Origin: Schmidtea polychroa | Lineage: Eukaryota | Length of the DNA: 64,000 nt | Direction of reading: 5' to 3' | Assembly (NCBI GenBank): GCA_044892525.1 | Contig: CM097885.1 | Span: 10,170,001 to 10,234,000, forward strand | Shown: one piece after another, positions 25,365 through 38,851 of the stretch | How positions within the stretch are numbered: position 1 is the stretch's first letter | Layout of the letters: the number at the start of each line of letters is the position of its first letter | Notes under the pieces: model-generated | Told to the model about the DNA's origin: nothing | The model's input: the letters and a program-made list of their open reading frames with translations, nothing else | Database searches by the model: none | Program-made: the position numbers and the translations under genes

Positions 25365-26495
25365 ATGGAATTACGAAATGATGCAGTATACCAAATCGTT
25401 GGTCCGAGTGGTAGCGGGAAAACATTATTTGTTTGTAAATTACTAAAATCTAATTTGTTCAAAACAAAATTCAACAATATTTATTGGCATAGAGGCGCCG
25501 ATGAAGAACATGGGTTGACGCAATCAAGTTTCTGTCAGTTGAAAAACATGAAAATAGTAAAGGGTTTTGATAAAAACTGGTCAAGTGGTTTGAAGAGAGA
25601 TGATGTCATCATTATCGATGATTTGTATCAAGAAGCCAATAAAGAAAAGGATTTTAATAATTTATTCACAAAAATCAGCAGACATGTTGGTGTAACAGTT
25701 ATTTTCATAACACAAAATCTATTTCATCAAGGTGGAGCACATCGAACACGTAATTTAAATGTACAATATTTAGTTATTTTCAAGAATCCTAGAGATGCAA
25801 CTGTCATTGATTTTCTTGGACGACAAGCATACCCTAATAACCGTAATTTTCTTATCAGTGCATTTCAAGATGCTACTAAAATACCGCATGGATATATATT
25901 TCTTGATTTCACACAACAATGTCCTGATGATTTTCGGGTAAAAACAGATATTTTCAACCCAAAAGGTGCCATGGTTTATAAACAAAATTCAAAACAAAGT
26001 TCAAAACATATAAATCATGTTTTCAAAAACAAAAAACCAAAAGTTCCACAAACAACTAGTTATACTCCATCCAAAGAACTTATTACAGAAAATTTTGCTG
26101 CAATGAATCTTATTTCGAAAAATCCTAAACCTAAATCTAAAAGTAAAACCACTAAGACAGTAAAAGTTGTTAACAATCATCGGAGTTTCCCGTTTTTCAA
26201 TACATTGTTAAAGGCACCAAATATGAAAAGAAACAGTATTTTGCAATCATTTCCAAATTATGTTGTCGATGATTTACTCGATATTATACTTAAAGTAGTC
26301 AAAGGCAAGATTAAAATCAGTAAATCTAAAAAGCAATTATTGAGTAAACATAGGAAACCTTTGCTATCATTAGTAAATAATAAAAATCGTCAACAAATGA
26401 GAAAAATTATATATAAACAACAAGGGGGATTTATCGGTGCATTGATACCTTTAGCAATATCATTATTAGGTGGAATAATAGGAAGTCGATCATAA
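25365..26495 (+). CDS. Packaging ATPase fused in frame to the basic pX-like core protein
   Basis: GPSGSGKT, IIIDDL, SRH; C-terminus KQQGGFIGALIPLAISLLGG. Confidence 0.88.
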   Translation: MELRNDAVYQIVGPSGSGKTLFVCKLLKSNLFKTKFNNIYWHRGADEEHGLTQSSFCQLKNMKIVKGFDKNWSSGLKRDDVIIIDDLYQEANKEKDFNNLFTKISRHVGVTVIFITQNLFHQGGAHRTRNLNVQYLVIFKNPRDATVIDFLGRQAYPNNRNFLISAFQDATKIPHGYIFLDFTQQCPDDFRVKTDIFNPKGAMVYKQNSKQSSKHINHVFKNKKPKVPQTTSYTPSKELITENFAAMNLISKNPKPKSKSKTTKTVKVVNNHRSFPFFNTLLKAPNMKRNSILQSFPNYVVDDLLDIILKVVKGKIKISKSKKQLLSKHRKPLLSLVNNKNRQQMRKIIYKQQGGFIGALIPLAISLLGGIIGSRS

Positions 26496-26498
26496 ACA

Positions 26499-26681
26499 AT
26501 GGGTGCTAATCCTTCATTACCAGACATTAAATTTAATATCAAATCTTCTTGCTGTAATGGAGAAGATTTGGACGAACCCGGAAGACGAAGCCGGTTTTGG
26601 TGGAGTGGCAAAATTAAGGAAAAGAGTTCCGAATTCGAAAAAGGAAACCCAGAAGTGGTTATCAGATCAGCTTGCGTATAG
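26499..26681 (+). CDS. Small putative myristoylated protein overlapping the integrase
   Basis: MGANPSLPDIKFNIKSSCC; homolog of 10385-10612. Confidence 0.6.
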   Translation: MGANPSLPDIKFNIKSSCCNGEDLDEPGRRSRFWWSGKIKEKSSEFEKGNPEVVIRSACV

Positions 26682-26959
26682 TTTGAACAAACCAATGCAG
26701 AAACGATTTCCAACAAGAGCCTATAAAACATTTGGTATTGACGATTTATGGCAAATGGATTTGATGGAGATGATACCCTATTCGAAAATTAACAATGGGT
26801 ATAAATATATTTTAACATGTATTGATGTATACAGCAGGTTTGCACGAGGAATACCCGTCAAGGCAAAATCTGCAGAAGAAATGTGCAAAGCTGTTAATCA
26901 TTTATTTAAAGATGGACATCCTAATAACTTGCAAACTGATTTAGGTATTAATAATATTA

Positions 26960-27020
<61 letters not shown>

Positions 27021-27650
27021 TTAGGTAAAGAATTCTACAACAGTAAAGTCAAGCAAATCCTCAATAAATTGAAAATAAACCATTACTCGGTACATTCTCA
27101 ATACAAAGTTGCTCATGTTGAAAGATTTAACAGAACATTGAGAGATAGATTAAAGAAATTATTCGTGCATCAAGGTAATAAAAAATGGGTATTGGTTTTA
27201 CCAAAAATAATAACAAGTTATAATCATTCATCACATCGAGGACTTAATGGATTGAGACCAGTTGATATTACATCAAAAACATTCTATTCTAAAAAACCTG
27301 TAAAAATTACAAAACCGAAATATAAAGTAGGTGGCCATGTTAGAATTAGTAAAATTAGTGCATCACCATTTATTAAAAATTTTGATACAAATTGGAGTGA
27401 TGAAGTCTTTGTAATTTCAAAAATAAATACTAGTCAGAATCCTGTAATGTATGTCATCAGTGATTATGATAACAATATTGTACAAGGAAAGTTTTATGAG
27501 CAAGAATTACAAGTTATTCCTCCCCCAAAAGTATTTAGAATTCAGAAGATATTGAAAACTAAAAAGGTTGGCAAGGATAAACAATACTATGTCAAATGGC
27601 ATGGTTATCAAAACCCATCATGGATATCAGAAAAGGATCTAGTAAAGTGA
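26557..27650 (+). CDS. rve integrase with C-terminal chromodomain, apparently intact; intron 26945-27024
   Basis: DDE residues in WQMDL, QTDLG|KEF, VERFNRT; chromodomain YYVKWHGY...SWI; the 80-nt GT-AG intron must be removed to restore frame. Confidence 0.93.
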
Positions 27651-28667
27651 ATTTTTATACTATTTTACCAAGCAATAGTTGCCCGCCTATTAATTCATCC
27701 GGACAATCAAGCCAGTAAATTCATGGTCAATCTCCAGAATCCGATTTCTTTAAATGGTGACTTGGAAGTTGCAATGCAAGATTTTACATTCGTGTACAAT
27801 ACATTCTCATTTTATAGTCAATGTAAGATTGATTTCAAAAGGAATGCTATGAAAACATGTAGTGGTATCTTTATTATCAGTAATTATGATAAAACATATC
27901 ATATTCCGAATCAAATATTAGATCCGCATTGCTCTATGTTTTACAAGGATGGATTAAATATCAGTTGTGATTTTAAACCATTTACAATAACATTCGAATA
28001 TATTGAAGATGCCAGACGAATGGGCTGCAATAAGTTGAAAAATGAAGTTATGGAAACAGAATATTTATTACGCTTTGATCTATTTGAAGCAAACAGTGTA
28101 ATGAGATAAGAAATCAAAATATCAGTGTCGTATAATAATGAAGTTGAAGAATCATTCACATTCGCTGACGAATTATATATTGATAAACTTGATGTGTTAC
28201 TTAAATATTTAAAGTACAATTGTTCACACATATTTAAAAGTTTGGACATTGTGAAAGATTTATTGTTTACTTTCAGTTTGAATGATGACATTTGCGAAGT
28301 TACATTTGATAAAAATTTGACAAATACACTTGGATTAGAGAAGCAGCAATATCGGGAAAAATCTGCTGGTATACGTAAACCAAGAATACTTGAACATCAT
28401 CAACAAATGTTCATATATACTAATATTATTGAGCCTATAATAGTTGGTGATTCCAGTGTTCCTCTATTGAAATCGGTATGGATTGGAAAATATGAACATG
28501 ATGAAGTTGTCAATATAAATATAGATAATCCTATGTATTTACCAATTTCAAGCTCATGTATAAACAATATAGAAATAAATATTCGTGACGATAGTGGAAA
28601 ACTTATAAACTTCCCAAAAGACTCAAAAACTCATTTGACACTACATTTTCGTAAAGTAGATGGCTAA
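27647..28667 (+). pseudogene. Minor capsid protein, frameshift and internal stop
   Basis: FYTILPSNS...; 4-nt insertion at ~27672 and TAA at 28107. Confidence 0.88.
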
Positions 28668-29028
28668 TTCCGATATTATTAGTATGTATAGTGATAGCCA
28701 ATCTGGCGGTGAATTACCATATTTTATTGGTAAACAGTACGGATCAGGTTGGTTAAAAGCAATAGGGAGATTTGCACTTCCTATTCTTAAACGTATTGGT
28801 AGTTTTGGTATGAAAACTGCTAAAGATGTGATTATGAATGAACAGAAAATATTACCATCCCTAAAAACAAATGCTTTAGCTGAATTAGGTAAGGTTCTAC
28901 CTGGAGTTGCTGGTATGTTTCAAAAAGATGAGCCCCCAGTCCCAGATCACGCTCCAAAACGTAAAGGACATTAAATATCACGTATAAACAAACGAATGAA
29001 AGGACATGGAACTATATTTGCAAAATGA
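28660..29028 (+). CDS. Small virion protein with amphipathic helix (adenovirus pVI-like); probable premature stop at 28972
   Basis: QSGG...KQYGSGWLKAIGRFALPILKRIG; the frame continues past the stop to ...GTIFAK TGA overlapping the MCP ATG. Confidence 0.65.
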
Positions 29029-30217
29029 TTTGTGGTAAATCCGAATTATGTATATTTGATAGATCATCGCCCCAGGCTGTAATAGAATTTGGGGCATTTG
29101 AAGAAGTTTTTCCTATGAATTCAATTACTGATAGTAGAAATGATATCGAGTTTTATATTAATGGTTCGCAAACTGAATATTTAGATTTGAACGATACTTT
29201 ATTGACTGTTCAGATCAAAGTTGTAGATAAAGATAGAAAGGTTTTGGATGCCAATGCGGATGTATTACCAAAAAATTTCATGTTTCATACTCTGTTTAAA
29301 AATGCAGTGTTGGGATTTAATAATATCAAGATTGAGGGCGGAAATAATACATTCATTCACAAGGCTTTGATAGAAACTATTTTAAATTACAATTCCGATA
29401 CTAAAAGTACCTGTCTTACACCTATGGGTTATGCAGCAGCAGATGATGAAAGAAAAAAGTGGGTTAAAGGTTCAAAAGTATTCACTATGTGCTCATCATT
29501 AAAACTTGATTTTATGGATCAACCAAAATATTTACTACCGGGAGTTAATATACATATTAGATTGAAAAGGTCCGATTCTGCATATGTCAATTAGTTGATG
29601 CAAAATTATTGGTGAGAAGAGTTCGAGTAGACCCGTCAGTATTAGCCGGTCATCAATTGGGTCTTAATTCAAAACATGCAATTTATCCTTTAAAAACAAA
29701 GGAAATTGTACAATTTGCTATTGCTAAAGGTGCTTCATCATTCTATAAAGAACAAATATTTGGTGACAGAAGAATGCCTAATTTTATTCTGGTAACATTT
29801 CAAAGTGAAACGCAATATAATGGATCTTATACTGCTTCCAGCTCAATTTTCAAAAATTTTGGTGTTACTTCATTGACTTTGTCGAAAAATACTGATTATA
29901 GAGAAACATATACTCAAGATTTCGAAAGCGATAATTACTGTGCGACATATATGCAGAGTATTGTTAGAAATCTGGGTTACTTAGATAAAAATTTGAATTG
30001 TGGAATTACTCTAGAAGAATTTAAAAGCAAATATCCATTTTTCACATTTGTTTTAGCTCCCGATTTTGATTTAAATCAGAGTCAACTACCACAAAACGGG
30101 AATTTACGACTGGATATTAAGTTTGCAAAGGCCATTACAGAACCGGTACATGTTATAATATATGGAGTATTTGAAAATGAAGTTCAAATTACTGCAAATA
30201 GAACCGTGCTAGTATAA
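29025..30217 (+). pseudogene. Major capsid protein, frameshifted by a 28-nt deletion at ~29583
   Basis: Full N-terminus (KSELCIF...IEFYINGSQTEYLDLNDT); deletion seen relative to A. Confidence 0.92.
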
Positions 30218-30244
30218 ATGTATACAGAAACACAAAAAGTTGTC

Positions 30245-30629
30245 ATGGAGTAAGTTTTTTGATAATGTTTAATTTTATTAAAGTAGTTCTGTTCAGGTTA
30301 ATCGAATTGGAAAACAAATATTAGGAAATGAATTTGTAGGAGTTTTTCCTCTCGATGAAATTCCTTATTTGAGCAATAATCAAGCCATAATTGTCAATAC
30401 TCATTCGTCTCATCTTGGTGGAGAACATTGGATAGCTATATATGTGAAACCTAGTAATATATTCGTATTCGATCCTATGGGTTTCTATTATCCTGCTTTG
30501 TTGATATCAAAACTTCAAACAATTGGGAAACCAATTGTATATAATAAAACTATATTTCAAAATCCATTGACTCAAACATGTGGTCAACACTGTTTGGCAT
30601 GGTTGTTGTATAAAAAATTTGATGGTTAA
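30245..30629 (+). CDS. Adenain-like cysteine protease, complete; 37-nt intron 30250-30286
   Basis: MD|SVQVNRIG...GEHW...FDPMG...FQNPLTQTCGQHC (His, Asp, Gln and Cys present). Confidence 0.9.
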
Positions 30630-30808
30630 TAAATGTATACTGTATGATTTTTATTTGTTGACTATTTTAATTATTTGTTAAATATTATTATTTTATGTTT
30701 AATCATGAAAATGATGAAAATCATGTAATTGACCTAGAAATTAAGTTTTATGAATATTTAAGTAAATAATAATAATGAAACTTCTAAAATAATAATTAGA
30801 AATTTGCA

Positions 30809-32585
30809 ATTAAATATAGACTGGGTAGCAGAGAGTGAAGATTCGGGATTTGATGAAACAGATGAAGAAAACGCTCAAGATGATGAGGAAAGCATTCAAG
30901 AAATTGATGAACCTATGGAGGAATTTACGGATACTGAACCGTGTGTATATAGGGATTGTATAGATCATGTTGTTGAAAATGTTATCAACTGTGGAGATGA
31001 TGAATGTGAATGTGTTAATAAATTTTAGTGTATATTTAAAGTACAATATTTAAAATTTCTTTGTTAAAGTTTTATCTTGAATATTTTTACCAGTAACTTT
31101 GTAAACAGTACCCTGTGACTTGTTGAGTGTGACCAGTACCCATGTGACTTGTTGAGTGTGAGAGTACCCTTGCTAGCAATACCCTTAGGGGGACAGAATA
31201 TCTTGTCGGATAGACTAGGAGTATATAGATTAATAATAATAATAATAATAATAGTAATAATAATAATAATAATAAAACTTAGAAAATAAAAACTTAGAAA
31301 ATAATAATAATTTTTTAAAATAATAATATGACCTTGAAAAAATAAATGACCTTGAAAATAAAAAATGAACTTGAAAAAATAAATGACCTTGAAAAAATAA
31401 ATGACCTTGAAAAAAAAATAAATATTTTGAACAATTATATGACCTTGAAAATGATTTTTGGTAAAATGTTAATAACTTTGTCAATATTAATGATGATGAT
31501 ACCTTCTATCGTTCAATCGAAAGGTCTTGGATCGAGCTTTAAAATGAGCTATCGTTGAATAATTTTTGTTGGCGGAAACTCTGTAAATTTAAATTTTAAA
31601 ATATGACCTTGAAAAAATAAATGACCTTGAAAAAATGAATGACCTTGAAAAAATAAATGACCTTGAAAAAAATAAATGACCTTGAAAAAATAATATTTTG
31701 AAAAATAATAATAAAATGATCAAATGACCTTGAAAATGGTCTCGGGAAAACTTTAATAACTTTGTCCATATTAATGATGATGATACCTTCTATGGCTCAT
31801 TCGATAGGGCTTGCACTAAGCTTCAAAATAAGCTATCGAGTAATAAATTTGGATAATGAAAACGATAACTTTTGGGCAAACGAAAACCATGAGCCCTCCA
31901 GAACACTAATAATATTTTGAATAATTACATGACCTTGAAAATGATTTTTGGTAAAATGTTAATAACTTTGTCAATATTAATTATGATGATACCTTCTATC
32001 GCTCAATCGAAAGGTCTTGGATCGAGCTTTAAAATGAGCTATCGTTTAATAAATTCGGATAATTGGAACGATAACATTTGGGCAAACGAAAACCATGAGC
32101 CCGCCAGAACACTTAATAATATTTTTGAAAAATAATAATAATATTTTAAAAAATAATAATATGACCTTAATGATTCATTCTAATGAGTCATATGACCTTG
32201 GGAATGACCTTGGATGAGTCACGCGACCTTGAAATGACCTTGAAACGACCTGGATGAGTCATGGTCTTTGTTTAAATGGCCTTGATGAGTCATATGTCTT
32301 TCTTTAAAATTTGACCTTGAAAAATAATATTTTGAAAAAATAATAATATCTTTACCAATAATAATGATAATAAAGATGTCTATACCTCATTTGAAAGGTC
32401 TTGTAGTGGCTTCAAAATAAGTCATCGAGCAATAAATTCCATTGGCGGGAACTCTGTAAATTTAAATTTGGCCTTGAAAAAAAAATGACCTTGACCTTTT
32501 ATTTTTAAAAGAAAAATTTTCCCGGGGGAGGGGGGTATATGTGTCGTGGAGGGCTCATGTTCTGGAGGGCTCACTACCATCTACT
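30809..32585 (-). repeat. Right TIR of B
   Basis: Inverted copy of 22244-24020, including the acidic ORF fragment 30804-31028. Confidence 0.9.
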
Positions 32586-32591
32586 TATACT

Positions 32592-34171
32592 AATCATTTC
32601 TATATGCAAAATCTGCATGTGATAAATTCCCTAATGGGTAAACAAAAAAATCATAAATTACCCCATCTCCAATAAATTCAAATTTTAAATTTTCCATTGT
32701 CGGAATAATAATAATTATTTACCAATATGAGATTTTTATTTAATGATAAGAGCCCCATAAATACTTTTTCTTTTTCTCTTGATTTTATTATTGTTCCCAG
32801 GAATTTAAAGGTCCCGTGGAAAACAACAATAATAAAAATATTCATTCTATCCATTATAATACTTTCTAATTTCGGATTAAATGTTATTAAAGGAACCAAA
32901 AGAGTAAGAAACTCTAAATTTATTTTAACTGCATCATTTACAACTATTCCAAATAAACAATTTTTAAAATCATTATTTTTTGTGATTGAAAGTTCAAATT
33001 GAAAGTTCAAATGGTATCTACTATAATTTTGAAAGAAACCAAATAAAGTTTTTAAAGGAGACATTCCTTCAAATGAAAGTTAATATAAAACATCTCGTTT
33101 TTTATAACCTTCATTTGTTGCTGTTCCATCACCGACATCTGGTATACAATTACTTAGTTTTCTATGTTGATTATTAAAATCAGAATCTATCATAACAAAA
33201 TTTAAAATAGAATTAGTACCAGGATGTTCTGCTCTTTCTAATTTTGAAGGACCTATTTTTATATTCATATTAGTAACTAACTTTAATAACCAGTTATGTT
33301 CAAATATAAATTTATCAGCTCGTACATTTCTACTTACTTTGACTTTGAAATACAATCATGCATTACAAATATCTAAAAGATTTGATGATTGATTAATATT
33401 AGAATATATTTCACCAGTATTATTTAATGCTTCAGCACTTGCTGTTGTAGGAAATACTTCCATAAAATCTTTTTTTTCGAACATCATGATTAGTATTCAT
33501 GATTGCATTCCAATGATTTCGTAATCTATCAAAGTCTGATTTTTCCATCAAGGTAGAAAATAAATCATGATAAATATATCTCGATCACGTTTATTCAATT
33601 CAAAAAATATATAAAAATTTGAGTTTCCACGTATAGATAAATATTGGTAAATCAAAACAATTTTGTAATAGGTAAATACAACAACAATTTGTATGTCTTG
33701 ACCTTGTAAAATATGATTCCACTATTTCTTGGTTTTTATCATTAATTCAATCAATTTATTTTTATTTTTATTTAAATTCTCACATTGTATTATATCTAAA
33801 AATTTATTGCTCATGGTAATATTTATTTCTAATTTATCATCTGATCTCATACTTTCACATAAATCTGAAATCTTTATATTTTTAGGGATTCCATCTTGAT
33901 TTTTAAATATATTCAATATTGTTTGTTTTGTTAGATTATTTTTAAACCATGATATAATAATTGATATTCTGATTGAATTATTTGTTTTACTAAAAATTAT
34001 TAAATTATTTTAATCTAAAATCTTGGGGAATAACAACATTTCAAAAAGTAAAACACTTCAACCACAACCAGAATCTCCAACAATCAACATTCTAAATGAA
34101 TTTGATGATATTTCATTATGATTAAATTTTGTAAACTTATTATTCCAAACAGATAAAATTTATTCAGACAT
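32592..34171 (-). pseudogene. Remnant of an older, divergent Polinton: decayed packaging ATPase and probable capsid fragments
   Basis: Minus-strand SFRMLIVGDSGCG* (Walker A), SRH...IRGNSNF at ~33480-34171; downstream capsid-like NEGYKKR segment; many stops. Confidence 0.7.
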
Positions 34172-35895
34172 TTTACTGGAAGCTATTGTTAGAATACCTT
34201 CACCATTTGAACCTATTTCAACATTTTCCTGTTTCCTTAGTTTTTGTACAAGTTGTAAAAATTAAAAGTTATAAAATTTACAAGAAATAAAAAAATTACA
34301 AGATATAAAATTTATGATTTGTAAAATTCTTATTTTTGAAGTAGTAGAATAAAGGCTAAACAAATTTCATTCCCAACAGAGTGACATCCGAGTAATTGAG
34401 CGACCGACAGGGAGTTCGTTTATGCAGGATGGAAGGATGTTGAAGGGCTGGGTATTATCAATATACATAAAGAGAGTTAAGGCCTGCTTTTAGTAGTTTC
34501 CTGTGTGTAAGCCAGATGCAAATTTGTCACCACAAAAATAAAAATGCCATAATTTTTAAGTTGATGCATATACTGGTATTAAGATTAAAAGATCAAAATA
34601 TGTTAGAGAATTTTAGCTTCAAGAATATCTGAACAACTGAACAACATTATTATCAATTATTATTTATAACTTTTTAAAGTTTGATAAAATTTTTGAATTG
34701 GGAAAAAAATTTTTGGGACTTTTTAAAATTTGGGGAAATTTTGAGTTGGGAAATTTATTTTGGGAATTTTCTGAGTCGGGAATATCTTGTAAAAATCTTT
34801 TATATTTACTATACCTGTGATTTTTTATGTAGTCATGTTATCAAAAGTAGTAGATGATATATAAGATATATATAAGATATACAAGACATATTTTTCTAAA
34901 TATTTTTATTGATTTTTTCTAAGTGACCTACATGATTTTCAAAAAAATTTCCAAATATTTTTTATATAAAAAATTTATTTCTATAATAGAGTGACCTTCA
35001 TATTTAAGTAATTTAATTAAGTACTTTAATTTAAGTACCTACATATTTAAAAAAGCATCCTAAGTATTTTATTAAAAATTTTGTTCATTGTCCTATCATT
35101 TGTTGAAGAACATGAATTTAACAGTAGTGAATAGTAAGGACTCCAACTCACTTTCAAGGTCATGGAATATCAAGATCAAATATAGACCAATCGAATCATT
35201 TATTTTTTAAATTAACATTTTATTTAATTACTTCTTTTTAATTTTATTAATTAATTATTTTATGATGTTATATTTTAATTACTTACTTTAGTTAATTTTT
35301 AATTTATTACATTTAATTAATTTATTAGTTTATTAATATTTTATTTTAATTACTTACGCTTTTTAATTATTATTATTATTATTATTATTTTTAATTTTAT
35401 TTAATTACTTCTATTTTTTTTTTCTCTTTAATTTTATTAGTTAATTATTTTATGATGTTATACTTTAATTACTTATTTTAGTTAATTTTTAATTTATTAC
35501 ATTTAATTAATTAATTTGTTTATTAATACTTTATTTTAATTGCCAACGTTATTTAATTATTATTTATTTATTTTTTAATTTTACATTATATTCTAACAAG
35601 AGCGTAAATTATAACAATAATATTTCAATTTGAATAAAATTTTAATTAGTAATTATTCAATTTGAATAAAATTTTAATTGGTAATTATCATAAAATAAAG
35701 CTGTGTTAATTTAAATAAAATGGGCATTAATTTTTCAAAACAAAGCAAAGTTTTTCATGATAAATAATAATTCTTACTTAAAACTAATTATCTAAATTAA
35801 TTGGACAAATGAATTATTAAATGATAAAACATATTTTAATTAACGAAGTCAAATAATTCACAATATATATTTTATTATTCACATAAATTTAATTG

Positions 35896-38788
35896 TTAAA
35901 GTTCTTGTTTCGATTTGCATTCATTTGTAGACGGAGCAGTTGCGATATGCATTTGACGAATCTTATAGTGACCGTAGGCATAGCTTTCATTAGAATTGAA
36001 CCAATACCTTTTTTCATCCAAACATTGGAGAGCTCGTTTTTCAGTAATGAAAGTATACAACTGATGATTAACACTTCCTATTCTCTTTTGTTGGATGCTC
36101 ACTGTTCCACCATCAGTATACACTTTTTTATAGGCTTCATGGGTGATATTAGAATTTGTAAGACTTATTCCTTTGGCTTTTAGAGTGTTTTTATCTCCTT
36201 GGAGTGAGTAGCACTTGGGTCGAAGAAACACCCATTCTTTATATTGATTTCCTTTATTCTCATCCTTGAATTTCCCGATTACCGAACAAATTTTATCTGA
36301 GAACAATGGATCAGTCACCGGATAATTTGAAGTATCTAGGAGCCCATCGGCAATCATTTTTGGATACAGTTGTAAGCGTAAATCAACATTTTTACACTCT
36401 AAAAAGAAGGAATCTGTGTCACCGGCTACGATATTAATTTGACAATTGAATTCTTCTCTATAACTCTGTAGTTCTTTATATTGAAACTGGTACATGCGAA
36501 GTTTAGATAAATCAAGTACGGTTTGTCCAATATACATTGGTCTATCTAAACACACCATTTCCTTATCAAGTATAACAGCAATGAGATCATCCGCAATCTT
36601 GATGCTACGACGAAACATAGGATTACTACAATAAGTTATCAATCTTTTGCTTTTGCTGCATAATCTCAAATTTATACGTTTCTTAAGGTTTTCCACGGTT
36701 TTACCATATAAACTGTTGTTCTTTAACTTATAATAATCTCGCTGAAATGAATCTGTACTAGCTGCTCTCATTTGAGTATTGTAATCAATATAGCGTTTGA
36801 AAATAGCTACTTGCTTGAATTCTACAGCACGATTAACTTTTGTGACTTTTGCGCCGTAACTCAACCACTCTGTCAAAACTCTACCATTAACTACATAGTT
36901 TTTCTTAGGCTCATGAGTTAACAACAGCTTTTCAACTTTACTACCAGGTGGATAACAAAGCTCAGGAGCTATAGGTAAATCATCTAGCTTATCTTGTATA
37001 CTATCAGGAATGACGATGTCAACCTCTAGAACATATCCACGATCTCCATCAAACTCATCCCCATTTGCACATCTTTCAACAATACCATTCATTTCAGTAT
37101 GATCATTTATCCATCTAAATTCACCAATAGGAAGTTTTTGCGACAGCGCCCATCCATATAAATTATTAACATCTAGGTATGACATTTGTGTTGATTCATC
37201 AGCTTCAACATGATGTTTGTTGATAAATGTCATTCCACCACGAATACCAGCTTCAAATAAACGGTAAAGCTCTGGATCTTGAATAAGTTCTACCGGTTCA
37301 GGTAACTGTTTAATAGCTGATGCCCAACTTAATCCGGGTATGGAAACAAACGATAAAGCCTCAAGTCCATCTTCGTCAAATGTTTTTTCTCTGAAAGCTT
37401 CAAAAACATCGGCCAACACAAAAACATCCAACTTGAGATATACTAGCATGTAATCTAGCAGTGTCTCACAGTTATATTGTCGCCAGATTTGATTTGCATG
37501 TATATAATCTTCTTGACTAACTCCCTCCCAAATCGATGGTAATTCTGTTATTGACTGTAAAACATCCATTGACGTAGCAATATCATAAGGAAATATGCCT
37601 TTACCAGTTATTAGATGCGAATTGAAAATCTTTGAAGTAAGTGGAAGACGTGGCAAGTTTTTTGATAAATTTGCCAAGCTGCTATTTAAAAATTGTAAAG
37701 AATCAATGAATCTAATTCTTCTGCCTTTCGATGTCGCTGTAAGTGTGAGAAACTTTTCTGTTGATTGAGGAATAACAATTAAATTCCAATCTGGGAATTT
37801 TCCAATTGCATATTTTAATATATGATGAATGTCATATCCACGAAGATTATGAAATACAACAGGTAAAGACGGATTGATTCTTCTAGCCAAATTACAATCT
37901 TGACACGCTGCTCCGAGATATTGACCAGTAAAATGATCATGATCTCGAACGGGTATATTGATAATCTTTTTACAAAGGTAGCAATGAGTTTGAGTCGTGA
38001 ATTCTTCCTGCTCTTCCCAAGTGAGTTCCATCATTTCCTTTGATCCATTAATTTTATACCACGGATAAACTATGTCTGTAGCTATATCATCCAATGCTTG
38101 TATGAACTGAATGATACAGTTTTTCCCAACAAATGTTTCATTTCGGATCGGACAACCTTGATGGAGAAGCACAAATTCAGATGCAATCGGCTCATGTTTT
38201 TGGAAGTGTTTGTCATCTAGAGGTAATATCGATTCAAAGTCCGCGTAGACAACAAACTGCTGTTTTATAGTTTTACTCCAATCTTTAAATTCGATATATT
38301 TATTCTCTGGCATTGAGTATAGAGTCGTACGCTCCACATTCTTCCTACAAAGACCTATATGTCTTTCAAAAGCAGGACGTTTTTGAAACCCATGAAGACA
38401 CGTATGACACCAATGTGATTGGATTCTGACTCCTTCTACTCTATCTCTGTAATTCAGCAGTCGATCGAGATTAGTTACAGCCAAAAAATGATAATTTAAT
38501 TCTAAATTTAGTTAATATTTTTAATGATTAAAGGAAATATTACCTTCTTCAATCAATAGGAGATATATCTGAGATCCCGTCGAAGTACTTCTATATACCA
38601 AGTCAATGAACGGATTCTTGAAAATATCATTAGTTTTTTGTTTAATTGGATCTTTATTATATTTGAGAACATTGATCGCTAGATTTGGATTAATTGCTTC
38701 AAATTGGCAAATGTTAACCAACTTCATCGGAAACCATTCAAATTTCCATTTTAAGTCTTAAAAACAAAATTCAATGATTTATGACATT

Positions 38789-38851
<63 letters not shown>

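Noticed and set aside
34846..35116. Possible further Maverick terminus (AGTAGTAGATG followed by TGACCT motifs)
   Set aside because: No matching opposite terminus or TSD found in the window
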